From positions 32,001 to 96,000 of the IMG/VR virus record IMGVR_UViG_3300013426_000017: a stretch of 64,000 nt of DNA. One strand, 5' to 3'. The notes under the pieces are model-generated. The model searched no databases, was not told the DNA's origin, and saw nothing but the letters and a program-made list of their open reading frames with translations. Both the position numbers and the translations under genes were made by a program. Source of the DNA: a virus. Its lineage: Duplodnaviria; Caudoviricetes. Of the stretch, positions 11,138 through 20,974 are shown piece by piece (position 1 is the stretch's first letter; each line of letters starts with the position of its first letter).

Positions 11138-12097
11138 GTGGGTAATAAATTGAGGACGTTTACCGAAGGTGAATTTGAAATATTCGAGAATATTTGTCGG
11201 ATGAACCAAAAGCAACTACACAAAGGATTAAAAGATATATTCTCAGATATGTATGGACAACGAGCAGTAATAAATAAAGAAAAGTATTTATATATTCAAG
11301 GCACAACTCCTGTCCTTTTGGTTGCTCACTTGGACACTGTTTTTAAAGTTCCTAATCGAGGAATTTATTTTGACCAAGAAAAGAATGTAATTTGGGGCGG
11401 CGTCACTGGACTTGGCGCGGATGATAGAGCTGGCGTATTCGGTATTATTTGGCTCATCTCATGTTACGAATTTCGCCCCCACATTCTATTCGTAGAAGAT
11501 GAAGAAATTGGCGGTCATGGTTCCATTAATGCGGTTAAAGACAATATTATAGACCCGAGGCAGTTTAAGTATGTTATTGAACTTGATCGTGCCAACGCCA
11601 AAGATTGTGTATTCTATGATTGCGTCAATGTGCCATTCGCTAAGTATGTAGAAAGTTTTGGATTTGAGACTGCCCACGGCACATTCAGTGACATTAGTAT
11701 TCTATGTCCCGCTTGGGGCATTGCTGGCGTTAACCTGTCTATTGGTTATCAGAATGAGCATAGCCTTGCAGAAATGCTCACTGTTCATTGGATGCTGGAA
11801 ACGCTTGACAAAGTGGCGCTGATGCTTGAAGATGCAGAGAATGCCGAGAGATATGAATACATGGCGGCGGCGCCTGAATTTGGGGCTTGTAATTGTTCTT
11901 ATTGCGGCGGGTTCACATCCTATTCAACTGCAATGATTATCCCTAAAGAGTATACCCAAGAGGGTAGAGAAATGAAAAAGGTGTGCCTCAATTGCATGCC
12001 TGATCATGTAGACTATTGCGACAATTGTCACGAGTTCTATGAAGTCGAAGTAGCTGGCGACAAATGTCCGGAATGCGGAGGTCGCCACATTGTATAA
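11138..12097 (+). CDS. M28/M20-family zinc peptidase with Zn-ribbon tail
   Basis: VAHLDTV, GLGADDRAG, DEEIGG, IELDR, SDIS and GYQNEHS metal-ligand motifs. Confidence 0.85.
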   Translation: MGNKLRTFTEGEFEIFENICRMNQKQLHKGLKDIFSDMYGQRAVINKEKYLYIQGTTPVLLVAHLDTVFKVPNRGIYFDQEKNVIWGGVTGLGADDRAGVFGIIWLISCYEFRPHILFVEDEEIGGHGSINAVKDNIIDPRQFKYVIELDRANAKDCVFYDCVNVPFAKYVESFGFETAHGTFSDISILCPAWGIAGVNLSIGYQNEHSLAEMLTVHWMLETLDKVALMLEDAENAERYEYMAAAPEFGACNCSYCGGFTSYSTAMIIPKEYTQEGREMKKVCLNCMPDHVDYCDNCHEFYEVEVAGDKCPECGGRHIV

Positions 12098-13376
12098 TGA
12101 GATTTGGGAAAATGTAGAGTCAGTAATTCGTTACTCGCAAGAGTATTGTGATGATATGAGTATCGACTTGACAGAGTTGCGAACCGAATGGGAGCAAAAC
12201 AAAAAGAAATGGCTCGATATGTGGGGCGGCCCCATGCTAGAGGCGCCACAACCTATGACATTTGGTTTGAGCCAAGAGAACAAAGATAAAGAAGTTCTCG
12301 AATTTTGCGAGTGGCTAGAAAGAAGATATCATGCTTATGACCTCAGCGATTTCGTATGGACAATCAGACATTCATTTTTTCAAAATAAAATTCCATTCAT
12401 TTGCGAATGGGATGGCTACCCCAAAGGAATCAAAGAGGGTATGAAAATAACTAAGGCATTTAGATATTTTATAGAGGATAAAGACAAGCTTGAGGAGATA
12501 AGAACTGAGGCAAGTCGTATTATCCAAAAGGACAAGATCAGTGGAACATTGGTGTTCTCAGTGCATCCACTTGACTATTTGTCCATTAGTGAGACAACAT
12601 ATAATTGGCGTTCTTGCCATGCTATGGATGGGGATTATCGGTTGGGCAATTTGAATTACATGACCGATGCTTGCACTGTTGTGTGCTATATTAGAGATTC
12701 GAGCGGTTCAAAATATAAATTGCCCAATTTCCCTGAATCAGTCCCTTGGAATAGCAAAAAATGGCGCGTTCTGTTCTATATGGGCAATGGCGCCACAATA
12801 GCAAGTCGTCAGTATCCATTCACCGCACAAGATATTCTGCCTATCATAGACCATGAGCTATCTCAGCCTTGGAATACTACTGGTTTTACACTTGGCGCTG
12901 CCCCTTGGGCGACCGATATAATTAATGATATGCAAAATCAAACTAAGAATGCGCCACATACCGGTCAATTTAATGATGCATTGATATCAAGTTTATACTT
13001 GAATGTGTGGCATAAGGGTTGGGCAGATAAGCCAATTGTAGTAGGTGAACCAATTCATTGTTTGCACTGCGGTAAGGAATATCCCGCTGGCGCAGATACT
13101 TTTCTATGCTTTAGTTGTGAATGCGATTATGGTATTCAAGTTAGGGAGGATATATTCGTGTGCGATTGTTGCGGATATAGAAAACCAATAAGTGAAGTAT
13201 ATCAGACACAAGATGGTAACTATGTTTGTGAGCAATGCATGGAGCAAGAAACTGTATTTTGTGCCAATTGCGGCGAACTGGTATTTTATGATTTAGCAAA
13301 ATATCGTCTCAGCTGTGATAGTTATTTCTGTCGTGATTGCTGGGATTGGATAGATGATTCGGAGGAAGATGAGTAA
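12090..13376 (+). CDS. Conserved phage protein, paralog 3
   Basis: SVHPLDYLSIS, WRSCH, YRLGNLNYM, WNSKKWR, multiple CxxC. Confidence 0.85.
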   Translation: MYNEIWENVESVIRYSQEYCDDMSIDLTELRTEWEQNKKKWLDMWGGPMLEAPQPMTFGLSQENKDKEVLEFCEWLERRYHAYDLSDFVWTIRHSFFQNKIPFICEWDGYPKGIKEGMKITKAFRYFIEDKDKLEEIRTEASRIIQKDKISGTLVFSVHPLDYLSISETTYNWRSCHAMDGDYRLGNLNYMTDACTVVCYIRDSSGSKYKLPNFPESVPWNSKKWRVLFYMGNGATIASRQYPFTAQDILPIIDHELSQPWNTTGFTLGAAPWATDIINDMQNQTKNAPHTGQFNDALISSLYLNVWHKGWADKPIVVGEPIHCLHCGKEYPAGADTFLCFSCECDYGIQVREDIFVCDCCGYRKPISEVYQTQDGNYVCEQCMEQETVFCANCGELVFYDLAKYRLSCDSYFCRDCWDWIDDSEEDE

Positions 13377-13708
13377 TGGCAGTAAGAGGTAGTATAGCAA
13401 AGGCTCATGTGGCAGAGGTCATGGCTAAGGCATTTGGCGAAGACTGGATTGGTGAATATAATGGCAAATATTATATTTGGGCCAAGGACGGTTCTCAGCG
13501 AGTGCAGATTGCTGTGGCGTTGACGTGTCCTAAGACACTTGTGGGCACGGTTGACAGTGTTTCTCAAGGCGGAGATTTTGATTGGTCTGTGCAGGGCGGT
13601 CTAGTTTCGGTCGCTAAGCCTGTTCTTAATACCACTGAGATAACCGAGGAGGAAAAGCTGAATATTGAGCGCCTTAAGCAAACATTTAATATGGATTTCA
13701 AGTATTAA
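13376..13708 (+). CDS. Hypothetical protein
   Basis: Coupled ORF followed by a terminator hairpin. Confidence 0.75.
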   Translation: MAVRGSIAKAHVAEVMAKAFGEDWIGEYNGKYYIWAKDGSQRVQIAVALTCPKTLVGTVDSVSQGGDFDWSVQGGLVSVAKPVLNTTEITEEEKLNIERLKQTFNMDFKY

Positions 13709-13710
13709 AA

Positions 13711-13750
13711 ATAAGGGATGCTAATAATTAGCATCCCTTATTTGATTTTT
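13711..13750 (+). terminator. Intrinsic terminator
   Basis: ATAAGGGATGCTAA-ta-ATTAGCATCCCTTAT followed by T-rich sequence. Confidence 0.7.
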
Positions 13751-13799
13751 ATTAAAAAATATAATATAATATATATAAAGAATAAAGGAGGAAATAAAA

Positions 13800-14120
13800 A
13801 TGAGTGTTGAATATCGTGCTGTTGTTTCTTGTGGCTGGATAATCAGTAATGATGAAGTGCGCGAGTTGGATGGCGATATTTATGATGAGCTAGTGGATTA
13901 CGAGACGCTCATTTGTCAGAATGGGTGGGGCGGCCACAGCGATTATGTCTATGTCTATGGCGACTATGCATTTTCTTGTGATGAGGACACCATTTATACC
14001 CCCGGCACCAAAGCGCCGACCATTGAAGAGCACCCCGAAGAGATTATGAAGTTTTATGAATTGTTTCCTTCACACGTGGGCGAGCTACCTCAGTTGCATA
14101 TAATGGTTCAAGTATATTAA
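13800..14120 (+). CDS. Hypothetical protein
   Basis: RBS AAGGAGG and upstream promoter. Confidence 0.75.
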   Translation: MSVEYRAVVSCGWIISNDEVRELDGDIYDELVDYETLICQNGWGGHSDYVYVYGDYAFSCDEDTIYTPGTKAPTIEEHPEEIMKFYELFPSHVGELPQLHIMVQVY

Positions 14121-14138
14121 TCGAAAGGATTTGATACT

Positions 14139-14342
14139 ATGAGAAATTACACCGAACGTATCCAGTGGTATAGAGACTATATGATAAAGAATGAGAATGC
14201 GGCTGATCGCCAGACTCGCAAATATGTCGATTATCTCAAAAGATGGTTTGGCGCCGGTTTTTGTGATGGTGTGCCTGACTTCGCCACGCGCATTAAGTGG
14301 AAATGTGAGCCGATGCCGATAAATATCTATTTGTATCAGTAA
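14139..14342 (+). CDS. Hypothetical protein
   Basis: RBS GAAAGGA; operonic position. Confidence 0.65.
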   Translation: MRNYTERIQWYRDYMIKNENAADRQTRKYVDYLKRWFGAGFCDGVPDFATRIKWKCEPMPINIYLYQ

Positions 14343-14352
14343 GGAGGATATT

Positions 14353-14583
14353 ATGGAACAATATATGATGTATTTTAAAGCAGAAATATACGATGAAGAT
14401 GCAAATTGTAAGCGCACCGAATGTGGTTTTATTCATGCAAAGACCATGAAAGATGCCGGCGGGTGGGCTGAAGCATGGTATGGTAATGAAATAATTAGTA
14501 TCTATTTCGAGCCACTGGATGAAAGCCCCATATTTACCACTGAGCGGGAAGCGACTGATATCATGGAGAGAATGGCATGGTAA
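14353..14583 (+). CDS. Hypothetical protein
   Basis: RBS AAGGAGG. Confidence 0.7.
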   Translation: MEQYMMYFKAEIYDEDANCKRTECGFIHAKTMKDAGGWAEAWYGNEIISIYFEPLDESPIFTTEREATDIMERMAW

Positions 14584-15281
14584 CTGGACTGTATGATATA
14601 TTTAATGAGCGGTGGGGCGATCAGACTATCTGGCTGTTCTCAGATCCGCATTTTGGCGAGACTGAAGAAGAGTCAGGGCTAGTCCATAAGCCCACTGATA
14701 AGGAGCAGGTTCGTCTTATTAACTCAAAGGTCGGCCGCAAAGATACGATTATTTTCTTGGGCGATATAGGCGAACCTAGTTGGCTCAAGGATATTCGCGG
14801 CTACAAGGTTCTGATTACCGGCAATCATGACACAGGCAGGTCTAACTATCAGCGTCGGCAATTCCAGCGAACATTCGATGCTGAAGAGTGGACAAGGGAT
14901 GAAGTCTACATGGAAATGACGCAGAATTATCCTAACTACCGAGTCATCGTGGAAAAGGTCTACGATTTTCATGCGCCATTCACTAAGTGGGTGGCGACTA
15001 TGGACAATCAACTTTGCGACGAAGTATACCCTGGTCTTTTGATCATTGGGCCTAAACTCATTCTCTCTCATGAGCCAATAGAAATAGATGGTATGTTTTC
15101 TATTCACGGGCATATTCACAATCTCACGCCGCCGACTGATAAGGATTTGAATGTATGCTCTATGAATGTAAATTATACTCCTGTTAATCTAAATCAGCTC
15201 ATGAAGCGTGGACTCACATCTAAAGTAGACTCACTCCATCGCATTACTATTAATCATGCAGCAGAAAGGAAGAATAAATGA
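14577..15281 (+). CDS. Calcineurin-like metallophosphoesterase
   Basis: SDPHFG, LGD, GNHD, SHEP, HGHIH. Confidence 0.9.
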   Translation: MVTGLYDIFNERWGDQTIWLFSDPHFGETEEESGLVHKPTDKEQVRLINSKVGRKDTIIFLGDIGEPSWLKDIRGYKVLITGNHDTGRSNYQRRQFQRTFDAEEWTRDEVYMEMTQNYPNYRVIVEKVYDFHAPFTKWVATMDNQLCDEVYPGLLIIGPKLILSHEPIEIDGMFSIHGHIHNLTPPTDKDLNVCSMNVNYTPVNLNQLMKRGLTSKVDSLHRITINHAAERKNK

Positions 15282-15739
15282 ATTTACATAAATGCAAAAA
15301 TTGTGCTATGAAAGACCCCGATGTCAATAGTTGCAAGTTGACTAAGTGGGAAGTTAGGCCTGATACCGATAGTTGTCCTCAGTTTATTGATGCTAATCAT
15401 CTTGCAGTATGTGCTAGCTGTGGCGTCATGGGGCCTGAAAAGGCATTTATCTATCTGACTGATAAAGAAGTATTTGTATGCCCTCAGTGTCAGGCAGCAC
15501 TCGGCACTTGTAATGAATGTGACGAAGCTCAGGTCTGCGAGTATAAGACCAACGCCTCACCTCTCCCAAAGCTGATCCCGTGCCAAGTTCGCCAAGGTAA
15601 TATGATTATGACTACTCAGGCGCGCAATCCCGAGCGTGAGAAAATTACCTGCCAAGCAGGTTGTAAATGTTATGATAAAGAATACGGTTGCCAGCGCAAC
15701 GAGGGGTGTTGTGTCAATTACAATGAAAGGAGCGTGTGA
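15278..15739 (+). CDS. Cys-rich hypothetical protein
   Basis: Many CxxC motifs; ATGA overlap with the upstream gene. Confidence 0.7.
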   Translation: MNLHKCKNCAMKDPDVNSCKLTKWEVRPDTDSCPQFIDANHLAVCASCGVMGPEKAFIYLTDKEVFVCPQCQAALGTCNECDEAQVCEYKTNASPLPKLIPCQVRQGNMIMTTQARNPEREKITCQAGCKCYDKEYGCQRNEGCCVNYNERSV

Positions 15740-15945
15740 TAATGTCCCCCACTATTAGTCTACTGGTTCTGTGTGCTATACTACTGGTCACTTGGTGCGG
15801 CAGTATGATGTATATGTTTCACTATGGCAATTGGGAGAAAGTCGGCAAGATATTTACTTATATAGGTTGCGCTAGCGCAATCATTTGGTTTATTGTAAAT
15901 ATTGTTTCGGCTGTTCTCACAATTACCTTGACCTATGTGGCATAA
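15736..15945 (+). CDS. Small membrane protein
   Basis: Two hydrophobic segments; RBS AAGGAG. Confidence 0.6.
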   Translation: MIMSPTISLLVLCAILLVTWCGSMMYMFHYGNWEKVGKIFTYIGCASAIIWFIVNIVSAVLTITLTYVA

Positions 15946-16183
15946 GTTTATTATAAAATTCCCCATTTGATTTTTATTAAAAAATATTATATAATATTTA
16001 TAGAAAGTGAAAAGGGGAAATAAAAATGAAAATTTCAAATGAGGTGGCTATGAATGCTTGGGAGCGCCTGGATGCTGTCATTGACTCACTTGACTGGTCG
16101 GGTGTGTTTATTAATGACGAACTGGACATTGTAGAGCAGGCTATGAGCGTTCTTGAGCAATATATTATAGAAAGGAGTCGTTA

Positions 16184-16795
16184 ATGTTTCTAATAAGTTT
16201 CAAGTGCGGAAAATATAAGGGATTTCAGCTAATGTCGCAATCCATGTATGACAATTATTGCAACATAATAGATAAAGCACGCAAATATCTAGATCAGGGT
16301 CAGGGGAACTTTTCCCTCGATCCGGGAGATGGAACGAAGCCTATTACTATTAGCGGCTCCAAAGCCCTTGATAGTTGTTTTAGCGAGGAAGAGTTTTCAG
16401 CGAATGAGTGCTTGGCGACTATGGCACTTGTGGATTATAATATCCATGAGAGTTATGGATTTTTTCCATTGCATGAAATTCATGAAGTTGTTTGGGATTA
16501 TGATTTTGCACAAGCATCAATCCCTGACGAGTATGAAGAAGATTTGCTAGATCATGAGCTTGACATCCATCATATTTTATTTTGCGTAAACTGTCATCCT
16601 CGTTACTATAGTAAGGATTACTATGTGGCATTTACTCGTAATGAGACTGATGCAGAGCAGATAGAATATATTGATAGCAAGCTTGATGAATATATCCAAG
16701 AGGTAATTGATTCAGAATATAAGCATTATAATGCGCCGAAGTGGTTATCTGCTAAGAACATTGAATCCTCATGGCAGGAGATTATAAATGAATAA
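16184..16795 (+). CDS. Hypothetical protein
   Basis: 203-aa ORF with RBS AAGGAG. Confidence 0.75.
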   Translation: MFLISFKCGKYKGFQLMSQSMYDNYCNIIDKARKYLDQGQGNFSLDPGDGTKPITISGSKALDSCFSEEEFSANECLATMALVDYNIHESYGFFPLHEIHEVVWDYDFAQASIPDEYEEDLLDHELDIHHILFCVNCHPRYYSKDYYVAFTRNETDAEQIEYIDSKLDEYIQEVIDSEYKHYNAPKWLSAKNIESSWQEIINE

Positions 16796-17888
16796 TTGTT
16801 GGCGATTTACTCAGGCGGATTGGCGTGCTATAATGGAGGATTTTCGCCAGAAGGCTCGCGATACTAATAATTATGACCGAATACGATTTTCAGAGTGGAA
16901 ATCGCTAATGACTGCCATTAATATAGAAATGAATTATGAAAAAGATACAGAGGATTTTTATATTAAATGCTTCGACGAGAATGGGGATTGTGTTGCGGTT
17001 TATTTATTTGGTGTTGATGAAACTACGGCATCTGGCAAACGGCAATTTGGTGACTATTTAGCCACATATATAGTTCATATTCCTGAGGAGGATGAGATAA
17101 GTTTGGCAATAAATTATGATACGGCTACTACTGCTGCTACTAATTATAATGGGCATACAAATACAGCTACCTGGAACCCTGGTGGTATGATAATTAATTC
17201 AAGCGATTTAACTACTAGTTATGCAATTAATGCATATGGTGTTATAGAAAATAAATCTGAAATCAAGGAAAATAAAACGATGGAGAACAAGATATTTAAT
17301 TTTGATTTTGGCCCGATCAAGGGAGATAGCGTTCGCATGTCTATGTATGGTCTTGCTATTAAAAACAAGGATGGCAACTATGTAGCATGGGACAAAGTTA
17401 ATGAGAATATTATGAATGTTGATATTCTTAATTTCAGTGGCGATGGCCTGATGTATAAGATGCCTGTGGCGATCAAGGATATTAAGGATGGCGATATTGT
17501 TATCCACAATAGGGTTCCTATGTTCGTTCTTGAGGTATTTGAGAAGTCGCTGGATGTCATTGATATCTATTCTGGCGAACGTAAGAGTATTATACCAGCC
17601 AAATCTCCTTTTAATTTTGATTTTTGTACAAAAATTATTTCTATTTTAGACACTGATTTGGTGGCCACTAGTTCTCCTTCCGAAGATAATCCTTTTGGTA
17701 GTCTGTGGATGCTTATGTTGCTTAGTGGTTCTATGGATAATGACTCAAATTTACTGCCTTTAATGTTAATGACAAATCGCGATTCAATTGACCCTATTAT
17801 GCTTATGTGCCTAATAAATAATAAAAATACTGACAATAATCTTCTGCCGCTCATGCTAATGATGAATGGGGGTAAATTCGGATGTTAA
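16788..17888 (+). CDS. Hypothetical phage protein with NPFG / Leu-Met-rich C-terminal repeats
   Basis: 366 aa; C-terminal LLPLMLM repeats. Confidence 0.75.
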   Translation: MNNCWRFTQADWRAIMEDFRQKARDTNNYDRIRFSEWKSLMTAINIEMNYEKDTEDFYIKCFDENGDCVAVYLFGVDETTASGKRQFGDYLATYIVHIPEEDEISLAINYDTATTAATNYNGHTNTATWNPGGMIINSSDLTTSYAINAYGVIENKSEIKENKTMENKIFNFDFGPIKGDSVRMSMYGLAIKNKDGNYVAWDKVNENIMNVDILNFSGDGLMYKMPVAIKDIKDGDIVIHNRVPMFVLEVFEKSLDVIDIYSGERKSIIPAKSPFNFDFCTKIISILDTDLVATSSPSEDNPFGSLWMLMLLSGSMDNDSNLLPLMLMTNRDSIDPIMLMCLINNKNTDNNLLPLMLMMNGGKFGC

Positions 17889-18298
17889 TTACAATATTTT
17901 GTATAGTAGGCGCTATTCTATGTTTTATTATATCAGCTCATTGTCTAAATAGTAGGCATGAATGGTGTGATGCTATAGGTATAGTTTGTTTGTCTTTAGG
18001 CGCTCTTAGTATTATTGCAAGCATTGGATGCTGCATTGGAATAATTATAGCTCATGCTAATTCTGAGGGCCAATTGGCGGGCTATCAGGCAGAAAAAGAG
18101 ATACTTGAGTATCGTCTTGACCAAAAGGAGTATCTCAATGATAACAATATTGGTATGACCGAACTGATGGAGGATATTGCTGAGTATAATAGTAAGCTTG
18201 CAGAAGCTCAGCATGGTCTTCATAATCCTTGGACTAGTTGGTTCTATGCTGACTATGTTGAAGAACTCACGCCAATAGTTTTGGGCGATGTAGATTAA
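17882..18298 (+). CDS. Membrane protein
   Basis: Two N-terminal transmembrane segments. Confidence 0.7.
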   Translation: MLITIFCIVGAILCFIISAHCLNSRHEWCDAIGIVCLSLGALSIIASIGCCIGIIIAHANSEGQLAGYQAEKEILEYRLDQKEYLNDNNIGMTELMEDIAEYNSKLAEAQHGLHNPWTSWFYADYVEELTPIVLGDVD

Positions 18299-18369
18299 TT
18301 TTCCCTATTTGATTTTTATAAAAATATATGATATAATATATACATAAGAAATAAAGGAGTATATGTTAT

Positions 18370-18555
18370 ATGTATATTTGTCCTGAATGTAAACGAGAAT
18401 TTAATAGCGAGGAAGGCATTAGAAAACATTTCCTAGCGTGTTGGCGCGAACAACATCCTGGCCACAAGTCTAATGCCGCACCTCGCTCAGAAGATATCGT
18501 AACGCGCCAAGCCGATAATGATGTCTTTAACTTTTTCAGAGGTCTACAGCCATGA
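18370..18555 (+). CDS. Small zinc-finger protein
   Basis: YICPECKREF...RKHFLAC (C2H2/C2HC-like). Confidence 0.65.
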   Translation: MYICPECKREFNSEEGIRKHFLACWREQHPGHKSNAAPRSEDIVTRQADNDVFNFFRGLQP

Positions 18556-18911
18556 TTATTCAAGACACAGTAATGATTAAATCCCATTTGATAATTACTG
18601 ATATACATAGTGAGTATATTATCAAGTGGCAGGGTAGAATCATAGATACCAATCCAATACTCAAAAATGGTGCCCCTATATTCATTATTATAGGTAGCGA
18701 GAGTCGTATAGAATTGAACACTTGTGACATGAAGCAGATTGAGGAGACAGCCAAAAGAATTACTAGACCTAGAGGACGTGGCGCAGTCAGCACTGACACC
18801 GCACGAATCTATATTAAAGAGGTCGATGGCGCAGAAATCTACATAGGTAGTGTTATTCATAATAGTGTGAAAACATACGCGCCAATGTTCGATCCTGTTG
18901 GCTATAAATAA
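18552..18911 (+). CDS. Hypothetical protein
   Basis: ATGA-coupled ORF. Confidence 0.7.
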   Translation: MIIQDTVMIKSHLIITDIHSEYIIKWQGRIIDTNPILKNGAPIFIIIGSESRIELNTCDMKQIEETAKRITRPRGRGAVSTDTARIYIKEVDGAEIYIGSVIHNSVKTYAPMFDPVGYK

Positions 18912-19019
18912 AATTCTTAATTGACAAAATTAAAAATTTATAATATAATATATACATAAAGAAAAATGATTTTTTAATAATTATCCTCCTCTTGGGGCGC
19001 CAAGTAAAATACGCAATAT

Positions 19020-19104
19020 GCGCGAGTGATGGAATAGGTAGACAGCATTCTCTTAGAAAGAATGGCCAAAAGGCGTGTGGGTTCAAGTCCCACCTTGCGC
19101 ACCA
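19020..19104 (+). tRNA. trnL: tRNA-Leu(TAG)
   Basis: GCGCGAG/CTTGCGC acceptor, ATTCT-CTTAGAA-AGAAT anticodon arm, long V-arm, TTCAAGT T-loop, ACCA end. Confidence 0.92.
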
Positions 19105-19362
19105 ATATTTGGGCAACGGTAGTCCATAACTGTGCAGCGAGGTTCGAGTCCTCAAGTTAATCTGGTTCGACTCCAGTAGCGCAAGGTGCAAAACAGCGGG
19201 TTGGTAAACCTCCTTTCGAGGAAAGCTTTCACTTAATTGACAAAATTAAATTTTTATTATATAATATATATATAATAAAGATTTATTTCCCTAATATGTT
19301 CTGTGTTTTTATTCCTTTCTTACAAGGCGTTGAGGGTCCGCCTCATAGACCCTCATGAATAT

Positions 19363-19449
19363 GGAGATGTGTTGTAACCGGTAGCCAAGTTGGTCTCAAA
19401 AACCAATGCGTTAATTCGCGTGTGGGTTCGAATCCCACCATCTCTACCA
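19363..19449 (+). tRNA. trnL: tRNA-Leu(CAA)
   Basis: TTGGT-CTCAAAA-ACCAA anticodon arm, long V-arm, GTGGGTTCGAATCCCAC, ACCA. Confidence 0.92.
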
Positions 19450-19798
19450 CGGGTTCTCGGCCTTCTATCCACAAAGAGGGTTCCAAGAGGTCTAACGCGA
19501 GGGTATCTCTTGTAAATAATATATACTTCGCGAGGCTAGGAGTGGCGACCTACCTGCTATATAAATATCGCTTCGATCGAGCGCTTAGGCACGCGCTATA
19601 AAAGATATTGCTTTGACAACGGAGATGAGCGGTCTCACCTAGTGAATAGAACAAAAAGATGCCCGCCTAGAATGCATTCAGAGGTTAACCGATTTCCCTC
19701 AAGGAGTATGTCCTTAAAAAATCGGGCTAGCTTAAAAAACCATTTGACATTTTTAAAAAAATATTATATAATATTTATAGAAAGTGAGAAATGGAAAA

Positions 19799-19939
19799 AT
19801 GAACAAACGAATAAAGAAAAAGACTGGCGATGAGCTTCAAGACTTCTTGATGTGGCGCAATCGGGGATCGATAATCGCGCCAAAGAGAGGCAAAGGCTCA
19901 TTCAAAAGAAAAGCAAAACATAAAAATAAAGAATGTTAA
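19799..19939 (+). CDS. ArfA-like small basic protein (46 aa; below the ORF-track cutoff)
   Basis: MNKRIKKKTGDELQDFLMWRNRGSIIAPKRGKGSFKRKAKHKNKEC. KRGKGSFKRK.KH resembles the ArfA KKGKGSYxRKxKH motif. Own sigma-70-type promoter at 19744. Confidence 0.55.
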   Translation: MNKRIKKKTGDELQDFLMWRNRGSIIAPKRGKGSFKRKAKHKNKEC

Positions 19940-19943
19940 ATAT

Positions 19944-20023
19944 GGTGCCATCGACTAAAGGTTAGGTCCTCACCCTTTCAAGGTGAAAATGGTTTTTGGG
20001 TTCAAGTCCCCCTGGCATCACCA
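19944..20023 (+). tRNA. trnE: tRNA-Glu(TTC)
   Basis: TCACC-CTTTCAA-GGTGA anticodon arm; GGTGCCA/TGGCATC acceptor; enlarged V region and imperfect T stem. Confidence 0.8.
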
Positions 20024-20199
20024 TGCGTATAGCGCAACTGACATAGAGGATGGATTTCCTTGTGGGTTCCTTAAACTACCACCAATCATTATTGAGTATG
20101 TGGCTTAGTCATTTGCAGTCAGTATAATAAATAAAAACGAAAGTAAAGCGAATCCTCATTTGATAAAAATAAAAAATTTTGTTATAATAATTATAGAAA

Positions 20200-20827
20200 T
20201 TGAACCTTGAAAAATAAACACTTGATAACTCAGTGCAGAATGGATGCGATGTCCATGCTGAGAAACATCGAAAAGCGCTCGGAGGTGCCCGAACGAAACA
20301 AGGATACTTGTGGAAACCTGACCGCGGTATGCAAGGCGACTTGTATGCTGAACACCATTTGTGTGGAAAGTAAAGATGTTGTGCTGGCGTTGTCGCATGT
20401 AAAGGATGCCGTGGACAGGGGTGTGCAATAGAAAGCTATCTTGACAAAAGATGGCCTCTCCTAGTTAGGGTGAAACGAGTGGTGTCGTCATTAAACCTAG
20501 GAAATACCAACAAACACCTGTGCCGTGATGTATCAGAAATGATACTATAACTGTCTACAAGCGAACGAGTAGCGGAAGGCAAAAGAATAATGAAGAAAAA
20601 GTATGATATTCTACTTGCGAAGAATAACAAGTAAATTCTGAATATCCCGTGAAAGTTAGAGGTAATCAATCCTCTAGGGGCTTGGGCTCGAAAGAGTGAG
20701 GGCAAAAAGTTTAGTTAAGACGTTAGCTAAGCTCAGATTTGTTTTCTCCCGTGTCTGAATATGCGTGAAGATATACGTTGCAGTAAGGCGAAGGCCTATC
20801 AATGAGTGTTTATTTTTCAAGGCTCAA
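20200..20827 (+). ncRNA. Large structured ncRNA, ROOL/GOLLD class (size favours ROOL)
   Basis: 5' TTGAACCTTGAAAAATAAACACTTGATA pairs with 3' TATCAATGAGTGTTTATTTTTCAAGGCTCAA. Many internal hairpins, promoter directly upstream, embedded in a tRNA cluster, no credible ORF. Confidence 0.7.
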
Positions 20828-20974
20828 ACCTTGAGTAATTGGATGGAGGTATGATTATGAAAACTATGTTGAATAAATGTGCGTCCATGAGAAGTCCAGA
20901 TATTTCTGGCGATGAGACCTAACTCATCTAAATACAAGGCGTAATATGGCGTCGCGTAAGAACGCCATATATAT

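Noticed and set aside
20156-20705. Short ORFs 20156-20428, 20207-20431 and 20436-20705
   Set aside because: They lie inside the large structured RNA and have no RBS or protein features.
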